Virus record (IMG/VR): IMGVR_UViG_3300020577_011395
Location: 32,001-96,000 of that record
Strand: one strand, 5' to 3'
From: a virus
Taxonomy: Duplodnaviria > Caudoviricetes
DNA: 64,000 nt
Positions 44,819 to 55,459 of this stretch are shown piece after piece; positions within the stretch are counted from its first letter, which is position 1; every line of letters starts with the position of its first letter. The translations under genes and the position numbers were made by a program. The notes under the pieces are model-generated. The model saw nothing but the letters and a program-made list of their open reading frames with translations. It ran no database searches and was not told the origin of the DNA.

Positions 44819-46048
44819 TTGGCAATCCTAAACAAATTAGGCAGTGGAAAAGTCCAAATAGCCTCCGAACAACCTGCAAATAAGTTTTCTGTTGACATGG
44901 ACGTGCTTAGCACAGATCCTCATGTCGTCGCCAGAAAGCTTAATATTGCAACTATAAATAAGCTTAATACTGTAGATAGTTATAAAAGCTATGGTGTGGT
45001 TAAGCTTGTTGTTGAAACAAAAACACCCCAAACAAACCTGAATAAGATTCTAGCAGCCAATACGTCAGCTACTGATAATATATTTGTTGAGTATATAGTT
45101 CAGCAGCTAGACTCTGCCCACGCTTCAATTCTTAGTGGGTTGAACACAGTAGAAGATATCTTCAAGAGCACGTCACTTTTGAGATGTAGTTCAAAGCTAC
45201 CAAATAAGATATCTCCTGGTACTATTGTTGAAATTGATTTTTATAATAGTGAAAAAGAGGAAGCATGTATTTCTGCCGTTTACGGTGAACTTGCACCTAT
45301 TGTTCAAGATGACAAACAAAATTCTGCTGTAATGGCCTTTGAGCCAGATCCTTGTAATGATCAGTTAGTATCGCCATCTAGTGATTTTATAAATGATTCT
45401 TCTCTGCTAACTCAAAAGGAAGCACCAACTCCTAAGTTTTTAAAGCCTGAATGTTTGGTGAAAGAAGAACCAATAAAAAAATATATTCCTGAAGAAAATG
45501 GAAAAATATCAAAATATTATACATTAGAAAATTTAACAAAGTCGAATACCGCCAAAAGACTTGGAATTCTAAACGATCCCGATGATGTTCAAAAGGAAAG
45601 ACTAATATATCTTGCTAATATTGTGCTGGATAAAATTGCTGACATCTATACAGCCGACTCTGTCTATATAACAAACTGCTTTAGATCTGATCCACTGAAT
45701 AAAGCTATTAGAGGAGCACAAAATAGCCAGCATAAACTTGGAACCGCAGCGGACATAAAGATAATGGGGCTTACAGACGAAAATCTATTTGATGCTTTTG
45801 AGAATATTTCTAAATCAAATATACAGTTTGATCAATTAATATTTGAAAGTAACGGTAAATCTAGTTTTTGGTTTCATATTTCAATAGCCCATCCATCAAC
45901 AGATGGCTTTACAGAGAATCGAGGTCAAGTTATAAGCTTTGGACCTTGGTCTTCAAAAAATGGCAAAAAAACATATTTAGAATATGATAGAAAAAATATT
46001 CAATTGTACCTATCAAATAATGATATATCGTTGACAGAGACAGCATAA
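44819..46048 (+). CDS. baseplate-associated protein with peptidase M15 domain
   Basis: FRS..LN.AIRGA.NSQH..G.AAD, FDQLIFE, WFHIS. Confidence 0.8.
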   Translation: MAILNKLGSGKVQIASEQPANKFSVDMDVLSTDPHVVARKLNIATINKLNTVDSYKSYGVVKLVVETKTPQTNLNKILAANTSATDNIFVEYIVQQLDSAHASILSGLNTVEDIFKSTSLLRCSSKLPNKISPGTIVEIDFYNSEKEEACISAVYGELAPIVQDDKQNSAVMAFEPDPCNDQLVSPSSDFINDSSLLTQKEAPTPKFLKPECLVKEEPIKKYIPEENGKISKYYTLENLTKSNTAKRLGILNDPDDVQKERLIYLANIVLDKIADIYTADSVYITNCFRSDPLNKAIRGAQNSQHKLGTAADIKIMGLTDENLFDAFENISKSNIQFDQLIFESNGKSSFWFHISIAHPSTDGFTENRGQVISFGPWSSKNGKKTYLEYDRKNIQLYLSNNDISLTETA

Positions 46049-46977
46049 TGACAGATTATTTAAATAGCCCAAATCTTTCCGAAGATAACAAAAAAGCACT
46101 CGAAAACAATTCCGATAGCAATAAGCTACAGCAGTCTGGTATTGGCGATTCAGTTAAGAGAGAAGCTTACCCTTTAAGATTGAATACAGTGGCTGAAAAG
46201 CCATGGGTTGGGTTAAACAACTCTCACATTGTGCTTGGAAAGGATAGGAAATCTGAAGCTTGGACAGGGTATGGTGGCAAGGGATACCCTGAGAGCGGTA
46301 TGATACATCTAGTCGCTGGCCATTTTGGGGCTGGCCTTAAAGACTATAAAGAAGACCCAAGAAATCCAGTAAGAGCAAACCCAAACTTTATGTTAGACTC
46401 CGCATATGTTTATATTTCACAAACTTCGGATATTGACGATTATTTAGAATTAAAACCAGGAACTATTGGAAATTCTGTAAAAAAAAGTGCAATTGCCATA
46501 AAAGCAGACGATGTTAGGATTATTGGCGAAAGAGGCATAAAGTTAGTAACAAGGCGCTTTTCGGAAGACTCTAAGAGGAGTAAGATTGCGCAACTCAAAG
46601 GCATAGATCTTATTGCTGGCAATGACGATAAAGACCTACAGCCAATGCTTAAAGGTAATAACACAATACAAAGCCTAGACGAGATGACAAGCCTTTTGGA
46701 ACAAACTTTGGAATGTTTAATGGAAATTTTATTTTATCAATCAGCTGCCAATGCTTCAATTGCAAACCATGAGCATATGACTGCTGTGCCAGGGAAGACA
46801 ACTTTGCCTATCTCAGCAGAGCTTAAGGTGAATACACTTAAAGCAAACTACGTATTTGACGAAGTCAGTAATAAAAAATTAGATTCAATTAGAAAAAACC
46901 TAACGATCTTCAAACAAAACTACTTAAATAAATCGGGAGAAGATTATATAGCTAGCAGATATAATAATACAAACTAA
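46048..46977 (+). CDS. putative baseplate hub/spike protein
   Basis: NSHIVLGKDR, IKADDVRII...GIKL, QPMLKG, H.H; context. Confidence 0.55.
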   Translation: MTDYLNSPNLSEDNKKALENNSDSNKLQQSGIGDSVKREAYPLRLNTVAEKPWVGLNNSHIVLGKDRKSEAWTGYGGKGYPESGMIHLVAGHFGAGLKDYKEDPRNPVRANPNFMLDSAYVYISQTSDIDDYLELKPGTIGNSVKKSAIAIKADDVRIIGERGIKLVTRRFSEDSKRSKIAQLKGIDLIAGNDDKDLQPMLKGNNTIQSLDEMTSLLEQTLECLMEILFYQSAANASIANHEHMTAVPGKTTLPISAELKVNTLKANYVFDEVSNKKLDSIRKNLTIFKQNYLNKSGEDYIASRYNNTN

Positions 46978-46978
46978 A

Positions 46979-49900
46979 ATGGCAAATTTTGACTTTCAAC
47001 AGATTATAGATAATCTTTCTTATGGACAAGAAGAATTTCCTTCTAATCCTGTATTCCAACTTGATGCATCTTCAGACATTCTTTTAAATACTAATGACGA
47101 AGACGAAACCAATATTATAAAATATATAAATATTAATGAAGAATTTAACAAAAATCAATCATTATTTGCTTCTTTTGTTACTTCGTTAAGTATGACTGAT
47201 AGAGAGTTTTTAGAAGCAGCAGCTGTATTTAGAAATATTTCTAGAGCGCCATTCAGTTTCTTGTATAATATACTGACAGGCAAGTCTTCTTTCATAAAAG
47301 AGGTAAAAGAAGTCCAATTTAATAATTCTTTCTTCAATGTTATAAGTTTTAATTCTGTTCGCTCAATAAAGGTTTTGGAGCAGGGACTTGGAAAAGGACT
47401 TTTATGGAGTAAAGTACAGTTTTTCGTTAACTCGCCAGACGGTCTTTCTATAAAACTAGAAGGATTTTGTTTAACTAGTAAAATAAAACAAATTACTATT
47501 TCAAATAAAAAAAGCATATCTAGCGAATATGGTTTATTAGTTAAAGTACAAGGTTCTAACCCAAATTTATTTTTAAATAACATAGTTTATAAACCAGTTT
47601 ACTCACCAGAACTTATAGATAATATTTTATATAATAAAGAAATTTGTTCATATACCATTTTAACAGAAGTCGAATTAGAAGATTTTAATGGCGTATCAGA
47701 ACAACAGGTGAAAACGCTCTTTTCTGAGGCTTATTCTAGGGCTATTAAAAAGGTCTTAAAGTACACAAATAAAAAAACAGATAAAAACTTTGAAGAAGAA
47801 TTCTACTGTTTTGGAAAAATACAAAATTATTATATTGGTACAAGAATTGGTGAAAAACCAACAATTTTTGTTACTATCCCATGGAGAAATATAGAGGCAG
47901 TAGCAGAAGTTGATAATACACTTTTAGAGTCAGCAAGAGTATTTCTAAGGTCTGGAGAAGTCATAAATAATATTAGAAAATCTATTGAAGAAACCACAAT
48001 TTTTGATATAAATACAGCTACTCCAAGCATTTTATCAGTACTTCCACCATCGGAGAATTCTAATTTAAAATACGATTATGCAAAAATAATATCAGATAAA
48101 GTTTCTTCGTCTGGCGCGACAAAAGAATACGTTAGCCCTTCTGAAATACAAAATATTCAAGGCAGAATTGTTCTTTTGCCGTTTGATGGGATTGAAGAAT
48201 TACAAAACTATATTTTAACAGCTTCCGATTATTTGAGAGAATATAATGAAAAGCTAGTACAAGAATTAGAGGATAATGAAGACTCAGAGTCTAAGATACG
48301 ATTAAGTCTTTATTCAGAGTCCTTTGATTTGTTCTCATCGAGATTAAAACAATTATTAATTGATAACGCTGATGTTCTAAACAACACTAATTCTTTATCT
48401 ATTCTTAATTTACAATTAATATTTGATGGGCCAAAACTAATAGATATTTATTTGATTGATGACACTAACGATGAACCTTTAAAACTTAATGGCTCTACAG
48501 ATTTAGCAAGTTCTGAGCCTTGCAACGACCAAACTTTTTGTTTCTTTTTGACTAATATTAATAGCATTAATTCTATAAATACAGAAGAAAAAACTATTAC
48601 TGATTTCCTATCAGAATATGTTTATCCGTCTGAGCTTTCTAGAATCAGATATTCTCAAAATAGTTTTAATGAATTTAAACAGAAAGAATTGGATTGTTTA
48701 AAAGATTATGAAACTGCAGCAAAAGAAAGGCTAAAAGCCAATTCTAACGAATTTATTAATAATATAATATCAGAAGAGACAATAAAAAACCTTGAGACGA
48801 GTTTTAGTAAGAAAGAGTGGGAGAACGTCTTTGAAGAGCTTAAGAGAATTACTAACGAAAATATTGATGCGGCCATTGATCTTAGAACAATTAATTGGGA
48901 TTTAATAATAGAAGAGCTGACAAAGTGTATAACAAGCGTTGAATTACGTGACATTGTTATAATATTTCTTGATATTATCAAGAAATGGCAAGTCAATAAA
49001 ATACCATTAGCCTGTCAGCTGCCGCCAGCACCAATACCAAGGTTTCCAGTTATCAGGTTGCCAAAAGCACCAAATTTACCTTCTATAGTTACAGCTTACT
49101 ATACAAATTTTGCTGTTACAATAGTAAATTCTCGCAATGATTTAATTCAAACTGTTATACGAGGTTTAATTGATTTAGCTAGCCTATGCCGTCTAAATAT
49201 TGATCCTTCAGAAGTTGGAAAAACTAAGCCAGAAGACCTTTTAAGAGACTTTTCCGAGTCTAGCCTTGGGTTAGAAAGCCAACAAGAGGCGGATGAAGTT
49301 AAGTTAGTTATGGCATCGACAGCAGAAACATTAACAAAAAATGAATTTATAACATTACTAGTTGGTACTGCTTCTAAAAATACATTAAAATTAGCAAAAA
49401 CACAAATAAATAAACTTGAAAGCAACAAAGAAATAGTAGTATTGCCTTCTAAATTAGGCGATTATTTTGAAATAATAAATGAAACAAAAAAAACTTCTCT
49501 ATCTGATATAAAAGTAAAAGATTTCTTTATGAAATTTATGCAATTTATTAAAACCGAAGAAATTAGTAATTTAAATGAACAACAATTAAGCAGTAATATA
49601 GAGTTGTTATGTTTAACCGACACTACAATAACAGATAATATCACAAAAGCTTTAAAAAACAAAGGGTTAAGCGAAGAACAAATTAACAAAGAATTAGAAA
49701 AAAGAGAAGAGCAAATAAAAAATATAGTTAACAGCTTTGCTAATTCACTTTCTGCTTTGGATAAAGGGATCGCTAGCGGCCCAGAGATTGTCTGTAAGGT
49801 TTTAGAGGACGGAACTAAAGTTCAGGGTTTAAATGATTCTCTTGGAGTACCAGATGCGTTTAGCATAAGCAAGAAAAATACACTTAATTCTTTATATAGT

Positions 49901-51832
49901 GGTTTTGATGATTCTTATAACAGCGACTTTAAGAGTTGGCTTAACAATTTAACTAAAAAAGAAATTAGTACTAGTGGCGATGCTAGACAAAGCCAATCAA
50001 CCGCTCAAAATATATTTCTTGGAGATTTTAATGTTTCTTGGGCGCAAAATCACAATTTATCGGATGATTTAAGGTTATTACAATCAATTGTTTGTCCTCC
50101 TTTAATATATGGCAGTGATAAATCAGATGATAACTTAGCAAAATATTTTACAAAGTCTTCTAGAGCGTCTGTAATTGTTAACAGTTTTTTTAGAAAAAAC
50201 GGTGACACTATAACTTCTATTGACACAAACACAGACTTCTCTTCTATTAAACAAGCGGTTGGAATAGATTTTTCTAGAGATGGGGGAAGAGATCTAACTA
50301 CTGATGATAAAAAAGTTCTTCAAGACGCAAATTCAATATATACTAAAAAGCTATCTTTTTCTAAAGAGAATATCAGCTTGCCTCTTACTGGTGATGGATT
50401 TGATTTCAATTTATTATTAGAAAGAACTGGTGAGCTAAGCAGATATAATGATCTTTTGGTTGAGAAAAATTTATATCTGCGCTATAAAAATAGCAAAATT
50501 TTTGAACTTAAAAAAGACGAAAACCAAAAAAATGCTATTTCGGCAATATTTTCTACTGATCTAAATCCAATACTTACTAAAAATGATAAGAAGTGTAATA
50601 AACTAGATAAAAGGCTAATTAATACTTCAGAAATTATAAATAAAGTAATCAACACCAATAACAATTGTAGTCAACCGCGTATTTCATTTGATGGTAAAAA
50701 GTTAGAAGATACGCCGGTAGATACAAATAATAAAAATGCCACCTTAGATTTATTCTTAAGATTGTATTCAATAGATTTTAACTTAAAATTATCACCTCTT
50801 TATTATTTTGTTCCGCTTGCTATTAATGATACTTTTCTATTTATATGTTACGAATTGTTTAAAAAAGATATAACAATGATGTTTGGTAACACCTTTACAG
50901 AAAGTATAGTAAAAATGTTACAAGAATCTAATCTGGATAAGAACGATTTTGTTGCATTTAAAAATAAATTTGCCTCAGAGCTAAAGAGTGTTAATAAAAA
51001 AATGTCTGAAATGTTTAAGGATGCAGGGCTTTCTTCTTCTGAGTCTGATAAGGTTTATGACAAAAATTTAACATCTTATTTGGATTTCTTGTATGAAACA
51101 CTAGTGTTAAACAACCAAATTATAGCAAATGATGTTTTTATTAATAATAATTTTTGTTTATTAAAAAGAGTCGATGGACAAGAAAAGACTATAGAACTAA
51201 GATTTTTTACAAATAATGTATATACTCCTACTGGCATTTCAAATTCTATTTTAATATATAACGCAAAAATAACCAGTACATATAATTTTAGACAAGACCA
51301 GAACTTAAAAAATGCTTTTTATACATTCTTCACTGTTTTTTATAATGTTGATGAACTCTTAGCGTCTTTCCTTGGTGTAACTCTTGCTTCTCTGACAAGT
51401 ATTAATAAAGTTAATAATTCATTTACTTCTTCCAAACAACAGTTAAAAAACGTTTTTGATATAATAGCAGCTGCATCCGACTATACAAAAACTTTCCAAG
51501 ATAACGGATTTACTGCTCTTATGTCAAAATTAAAAGTTCTAATCGATATACCAGATTTCTTTGTTACTTCATTAGCAGAAACAACTGATCCAAATGTCGC
51601 TCTTGCTTCTCCAATTTCTAAAGCGTATGAAATTGGAGCAATATTTGCTGAATTAGCAGGAGTTAAATTACCTCTTAAGAAATTACCATTAATTCTAACA
51701 AGTCCGGCAATTGCTCTATCTGGTATCCCTCCGTTGACACCACAAGGTTATATCTCTATTGCTTTGTCAGCCAAAGATTTAGCTATAGATACAGGAGAAA
51801 GCGTAACAAACGAAGACAAGGAGAAATGTTAA
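46979..51832 (+). CDS. large hypothetical structural protein (1617 aa)
   Basis: long ORF in baseplate module; no motif recognised. Confidence 0.6.
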   Translation: MANFDFQQIIDNLSYGQEEFPSNPVFQLDASSDILLNTNDEDETNIIKYININEEFNKNQSLFASFVTSLSMTDREFLEAAAVFRNISRAPFSFLYNILTGKSSFIKEVKEVQFNNSFFNVISFNSVRSIKVLEQGLGKGLLWSKVQFFVNSPDGLSIKLEGFCLTSKIKQITISNKKSISSEYGLLVKVQGSNPNLFLNNIVYKPVYSPELIDNILYNKEICSYTILTEVELEDFNGVSEQQVKTLFSEAYSRAIKKVLKYTNKKTDKNFEEEFYCFGKIQNYYIGTRIGEKPTIFVTIPWRNIEAVAEVDNTLLESARVFLRSGEVINNIRKSIEETTIFDINTATPSILSVLPPSENSNLKYDYAKIISDKVSSSGATKEYVSPSEIQNIQGRIVLLPFDGIEELQNYILTASDYLREYNEKLVQELEDNEDSESKIRLSLYSESFDLFSSRLKQLLIDNADVLNNTNSLSILNLQLIFDGPKLIDIYLIDDTNDEPLKLNGSTDLASSEPCNDQTFCFFLTNINSINSINTEEKTITDFLSEYVYPSELSRIRYSQNSFNEFKQKELDCLKDYETAAKERLKANSNEFINNIISEETIKNLETSFSKKEWENVFEELKRITNENIDAAIDLRTINWDLIIEELTKCITSVELRDIVIIFLDIIKKWQVNKIPLACQLPPAPIPRFPVIRLPKAPNLPSIVTAYYTNFAVTIVNSRNDLIQTVIRGLIDLASLCRLNIDPSEVGKTKPEDLLRDFSESSLGLESQQEADEVKLVMASTAETLTKNEFITLLVGTASKNTLKLAKTQINKLESNKEIVVLPSKLGDYFEIINETKKTSLSDIKVKDFFMKFMQFIKTEEISNLNEQQLSSNIELLCLTDTTITDNITKALKNKGLSEEQINKELEKREEQIKNIVNSFANSLSALDKGIASGPEIVCKVLEDGTKVQGLNDSLGVPDAFSISKKNTLNSLYSGFDDSYNSDFKSWLNNLTKKEISTSGDARQSQSTAQNIFLGDFNVSWAQNHNLSDDLRLLQSIVCPPLIYGSDKSDDNLAKYFTKSSRASVIVNSFFRKNGDTITSIDTNTDFSSIKQAVGIDFSRDGGRDLTTDDKKVLQDANSIYTKKLSFSKENISLPLTGDGFDFNLLLERTGELSRYNDLLVEKNLYLRYKNSKIFELKKDENQKNAISAIFSTDLNPILTKNDKKCNKLDKRLINTSEIINKVINTNNNCSQPRISFDGKKLEDTPVDTNNKNATLDLFLRLYSIDFNLKLSPLYYFVPLAINDTFLFICYELFKKDITMMFGNTFTESIVKMLQESNLDKNDFVAFKNKFASELKSVNKKMSEMFKDAGLSSSESDKVYDKNLTSYLDFLYETLVLNNQIIANDVFINNNFCLLKRVDGQEKTIELRFFTNNVYTPTGISNSILIYNAKITSTYNFRQDQNLKNAFYTFFTVFYNVDELLASFLGVTLASLTSINKVNNSFTSSKQQLKNVFDIIAAASDYTKTFQDNGFTALMSKLKVLIDIPDFFVTSLAETTDPNVALASPISKAYEIGAIFAELAGVKLPLKKLPLILTSPAIALSGIPPLTPQGYISIALSAKDLAIDTGESVTNEDKEKC

Positions 51833-52213
51833 ATGGCAGGAATAGCACCAAAATTACCGTTATCAACAAGTAAAACTGATATTGGGTATGACTTAACCAG
51901 AAACTTGAAAGAAACCATACAGCAAAATTTTAAAAACCTACTTTTAACGAGTCCAGGAGAAAAGGTTTTTGATATAAACTTTGGTGTTGGAATAAGAAGA
52001 TTCCTCTTTGAACAAAGTTCAGAACAGCTTGATGCAGACATAATGAATAGAATAAGTGAACAAACTGGCCGCTATATGCCTTTTATAAATATTCAAAAAA
52101 TTAGTATAGATAGGAACTCAGATTATAACAGAGCTGGTATCTCAATAGTATATAACGTGCCATCCGTTTCAGTAAGTAATATTTTATCACTTGATATCTC
52201 GTCAGCGAACTAA
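51833..52213 (+). CDS. baseplate gp25/GPW-like protein
   Basis: KNLLLTSPGEK.FD.NFGVGIRRFLFE. Confidence 0.9.
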   Translation: MAGIAPKLPLSTSKTDIGYDLTRNLKETIQQNFKNLLLTSPGEKVFDINFGVGIRRFLFEQSSEQLDADIMNRISEQTGRYMPFINIQKISIDRNSDYNRAGISIVYNVPSVSVSNILSLDISSAN

Positions 52214-52221
52214 TTATAACC

Positions 52222-54024
52222 ATGACAGCAAAAAAAATAATTCCGATTAAATATACTTCAAGAGATTTTGCATCTATTAAAGCAGAACTTGTTGAATATG
52301 CAAAAAAATATTATCCTGATACTTTCAAAGATTTTAGTGAAGCTGGTTTTGGCGCTTTAATGCTTGATAGTGTCGCTTATGTTGGAGATATTCTTTCATT
52401 CTATACTGACTATAATGCCAATGAAGGGCATATAAAAACATCAATAGAGTTTGATAATATTTTAAAACATGGCTATAAGTTAGGGTTTAAATATAGTCCG
52501 TTCCCTTCGTCTTCTGGATTTGTTTCTATCTATTGTTTAGTACCAGCAAATGCCTCTGGATTCGGCCCTAATTTATCTTATGCTCCAATAATTAAAAGAG
52601 GAACTACTTTTTCTGCTGGATCTAATTTATTCACTTTAACAAACAATGTAAATATGGCTAATACTGATTTTTCTGTCAGAGTCGCAACCACTGACCCAGA
52701 TACTGGAGTCCCTACTTACTACGCTATTAAAGGTTTTGGTACTGTCATTTCTGGTATAAACAAGACACAAATAACCACTGTTGGCGACTTCAAGCGTTTT
52801 AGAAAAATAGAAATTAATGATATAAATGTAGCGGAGATAGTCTCCATAGTAGACGCTGAAGGCAACGAATATTTTGAAGTAGATTATCTTTCACAAAATA
52901 TAAGTTATAAGGAGATACCGAATACATCATCAGATTTCTCACAAGTATCTAATATTCTTGTTCCATTCGCAACACCAAGAAGATTTATATTAGAAAGAGA
53001 AAAAAATAGAGCTATAGTTGTTTTTGGAGCATCGGATTCTGTAGAAGTAGAGAATGATCAAATGCTAGAAGATCCGAATAGATTTGTTATGCAAATGCAT
53101 GGCAAAAGACATATAACAGATATGTCTTTTGATCCAAATAAATTAATTAATAGCGATAAATTTGGTATTGGTCCATCAAACACTAGATTAACAATAACTT
53201 ATAGAGTCAATACCACTGAGAATGTCAACGCTTCTGCATCTTCAATTAATAATGTCTCTAAATTAGTAGCAGAATTTCAGAAAGAGTCTACGCTGAATGT
53301 TGCGGACGTAGAAGATGTAAAATCTAGCATAATCGTAGAAAATGAAGATCCAATCAATGGATACGTTAGAACACCAGACGCCGCAGAGTTGAAAATAAGA
53401 ATTCTAGATAATTTTGCTACTCAAAATAGAGCAGTTACTGAAAAAGATTATGAAGCGCTGTGTTATTCTATGCCTTCTAAATTTGGTGCCATAAAAAGAA
53501 TAAAAGCAACAAAAGATCAAGATTCATTTAAGAGAAACTTAAATTTATACGTTATTTCTGAAGATAAAAACGGATATTTAACAGAAGCAACTATAAGCCT
53601 GAAGAACAATTTAAAAACTTGGATTGAAAAAAATAAAGTTGTATCTGACACAATAGATATACTTGATGCTAAAATAGTAAATCTTTCAATAGATTTCGTT
53701 GCAGTCGGCCTTCCTGGAAAATCCAAATATGAAGTTCAAGAAAATGCTTTAACCGCTTTACGAGAATATTTTTCTAGAACTCCAAGCATTGGAGAGCCAT
53801 TTATGATCAACGATGTACTTTCTGTTCTAAAGAGAGTTAGTACCGTTTTAGATGTTAAAGAAGTAACAGTAAAAACAAAAAGGGGCAGTAATTATGCCAG
53901 AACTCCAATAAATATAAACTCTAGCACAAACAACTCAGCATATGACAATACTATAAACGTGCCACTAAACGTTATATGGGAAATAAAATATCCTGATGCT
54001 GATATCCGTGGAACAATAATCTAA
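52222..54024 (+). CDS. baseplate wedge protein (T4 gp6-like)
   Basis: YTSRDFASIK, DFSE..FG, AYVGDILSFY.D, QNRAVT.KDY. Confidence 0.9.
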   Translation: MTAKKIIPIKYTSRDFASIKAELVEYAKKYYPDTFKDFSEAGFGALMLDSVAYVGDILSFYTDYNANEGHIKTSIEFDNILKHGYKLGFKYSPFPSSSGFVSIYCLVPANASGFGPNLSYAPIIKRGTTFSAGSNLFTLTNNVNMANTDFSVRVATTDPDTGVPTYYAIKGFGTVISGINKTQITTVGDFKRFRKIEINDINVAEIVSIVDAEGNEYFEVDYLSQNISYKEIPNTSSDFSQVSNILVPFATPRRFILEREKNRAIVVFGASDSVEVENDQMLEDPNRFVMQMHGKRHITDMSFDPNKLINSDKFGIGPSNTRLTITYRVNTTENVNASASSINNVSKLVAEFQKESTLNVADVEDVKSSIIVENEDPINGYVRTPDAAELKIRILDNFATQNRAVTEKDYEALCYSMPSKFGAIKRIKATKDQDSFKRNLNLYVISEDKNGYLTEATISLKNNLKTWIEKNKVVSDTIDILDAKIVNLSIDFVAVGLPGKSKYEVQENALTALREYFSRTPSIGEPFMINDVLSVLKRVSTVLDVKEVTVKTKRGSNYARTPININSSTNNSAYDNTINVPLNVIWEIKYPDADIRGTII

Positions 54025-55457
54025 TGCCTATTAAAAAATATGTAGCAGAAAAAGACACTACTATAGCAAATGCATATAAATATGATTTAAGGACTCGTTC
54101 AACAGATGCAAATATGGGCGCCTCCGATTCTTTGGAAGTTTTCTCTATTTATGGACAAGCATCTTCTGCTTCACTAGAAACTTCTAGAATACTGGTACAA
54201 TTTCCTATAGATACATTAGTGTCGGATAGAGCCGCATCTAAAATACCAGCCTCTGGAAGTGTTAATTTCGTATTACGAATGTACAATGTTGCACATCCAT
54301 ACACAACACCAAAAGACTATAAAGCAATTATAAGTGTTGTTAGCCAATCCTGGGATGAAGGTTACGGACTGGATATGGAAGGGTATACAGATAAAGGTTG
54401 GTCAACTGCTGGTAGTGATGGTGGGTCTGGTTGCACTTGGATTTATGCACAAGATGGAGTTTTATGGGCTTCTACTGGATCTGCGTATTTAACTGGCTCT
54501 CAAAATGAGTTAACTTATAGTTTTACATCTGGTCTTGAGGATATCGAGTTAGACATCACTAACATAGTAGAAAGGTGGGCAGCATCTTCTTTAGCCAATA
54601 ATGGTTTGCTGATAAGACTTTCAAGTAGTTATGAAGATGGGTCACAACAAAGAAGTTTCTACACTAAGAAATTTTCTGCAAGAGGTAGTGAATATTTTTT
54701 CAAGAGACCAAGTATAGAAGCAAGGTGGGAATCTGTTATAAACGATGATAGAATCAATTTCTTTGCATCAAGTAGCGCATTTGAGGCTTCTGATAATATA
54801 ATGAATTTGTACTTTTATAACAAACCAAAAGGAACGCTAAAAAATGTTGTTGGTGGTGTTACACCAGGGATTAAATTTTATTCAAATAGTGCTTTAACCA
54901 CAGAAATATCTTCTGGTTACGCAGTTGTGACTAATCCAAGTACTGGTGTCTACAAGGCACAAGTCGCAGTTGATACAACCGCTAGTGTGTTATATGATAA
55001 ATGGTATAATACTGGTTCAAATGCTGTTTATTTCTCAGGATCTTTGGATGTTTACCAGCCGACAAATTATGATTTTGACAGAAAACAAGAATATGTTGTA
55101 AACATTACTAATCTTAAGGTATCATATGGTAGCAATGAAAATGCTAGATTTAAAATCTTTGTAAGAGATTATGACTGGAGTCCAACAATCTATACTGTTT
55201 CTAATAATATTGTTGAAAATACTACATTAAATAATTTATATTATAAAATTTTTAGATTTAGTGATAATTATGTAGTAGTAGATTACTCTACGGGTTCTCT
55301 AGCATACACCAAAACATCGTATGATTCCAACGGAAACTATTTTGATTTTGATATGTCATCGCTACAAAGCGGCTTTACTTATGCCATAAAATTAGCGACC
55401 TATCAAAATTCAGAGCTAAAAGAGCTTAAAAATACTTTCAAATTTAAGGTTGAGTGA
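54024..55457 (+). CDS. putative baseplate/tail structural protein
   Basis: KDTTI, SRILVQF, SWDEG.G, DITNIVE.W, N.GLLI; Ser/Thr-rich. Confidence 0.65.
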   Translation: MPIKKYVAEKDTTIANAYKYDLRTRSTDANMGASDSLEVFSIYGQASSASLETSRILVQFPIDTLVSDRAASKIPASGSVNFVLRMYNVAHPYTTPKDYKAIISVVSQSWDEGYGLDMEGYTDKGWSTAGSDGGSGCTWIYAQDGVLWASTGSAYLTGSQNELTYSFTSGLEDIELDITNIVERWAASSLANNGLLIRLSSSYEDGSQQRSFYTKKFSARGSEYFFKRPSIEARWESVINDDRINFFASSSAFEASDNIMNLYFYNKPKGTLKNVVGGVTPGIKFYSNSALTTEISSGYAVVTNPSTGVYKAQVAVDTTASVLYDKWYNTGSNAVYFSGSLDVYQPTNYDFDRKQEYVVNITNLKVSYGSNENARFKIFVRDYDWSPTIYTVSNNIVENTTLNNLYYKIFRFSDNYVVVDYSTGSLAYTKTSYDSNGNYFDFDMSSLQSGFTYAIKLATYQNSELKELKNTFKFKVE

Positions 55458-55459
55458 AA

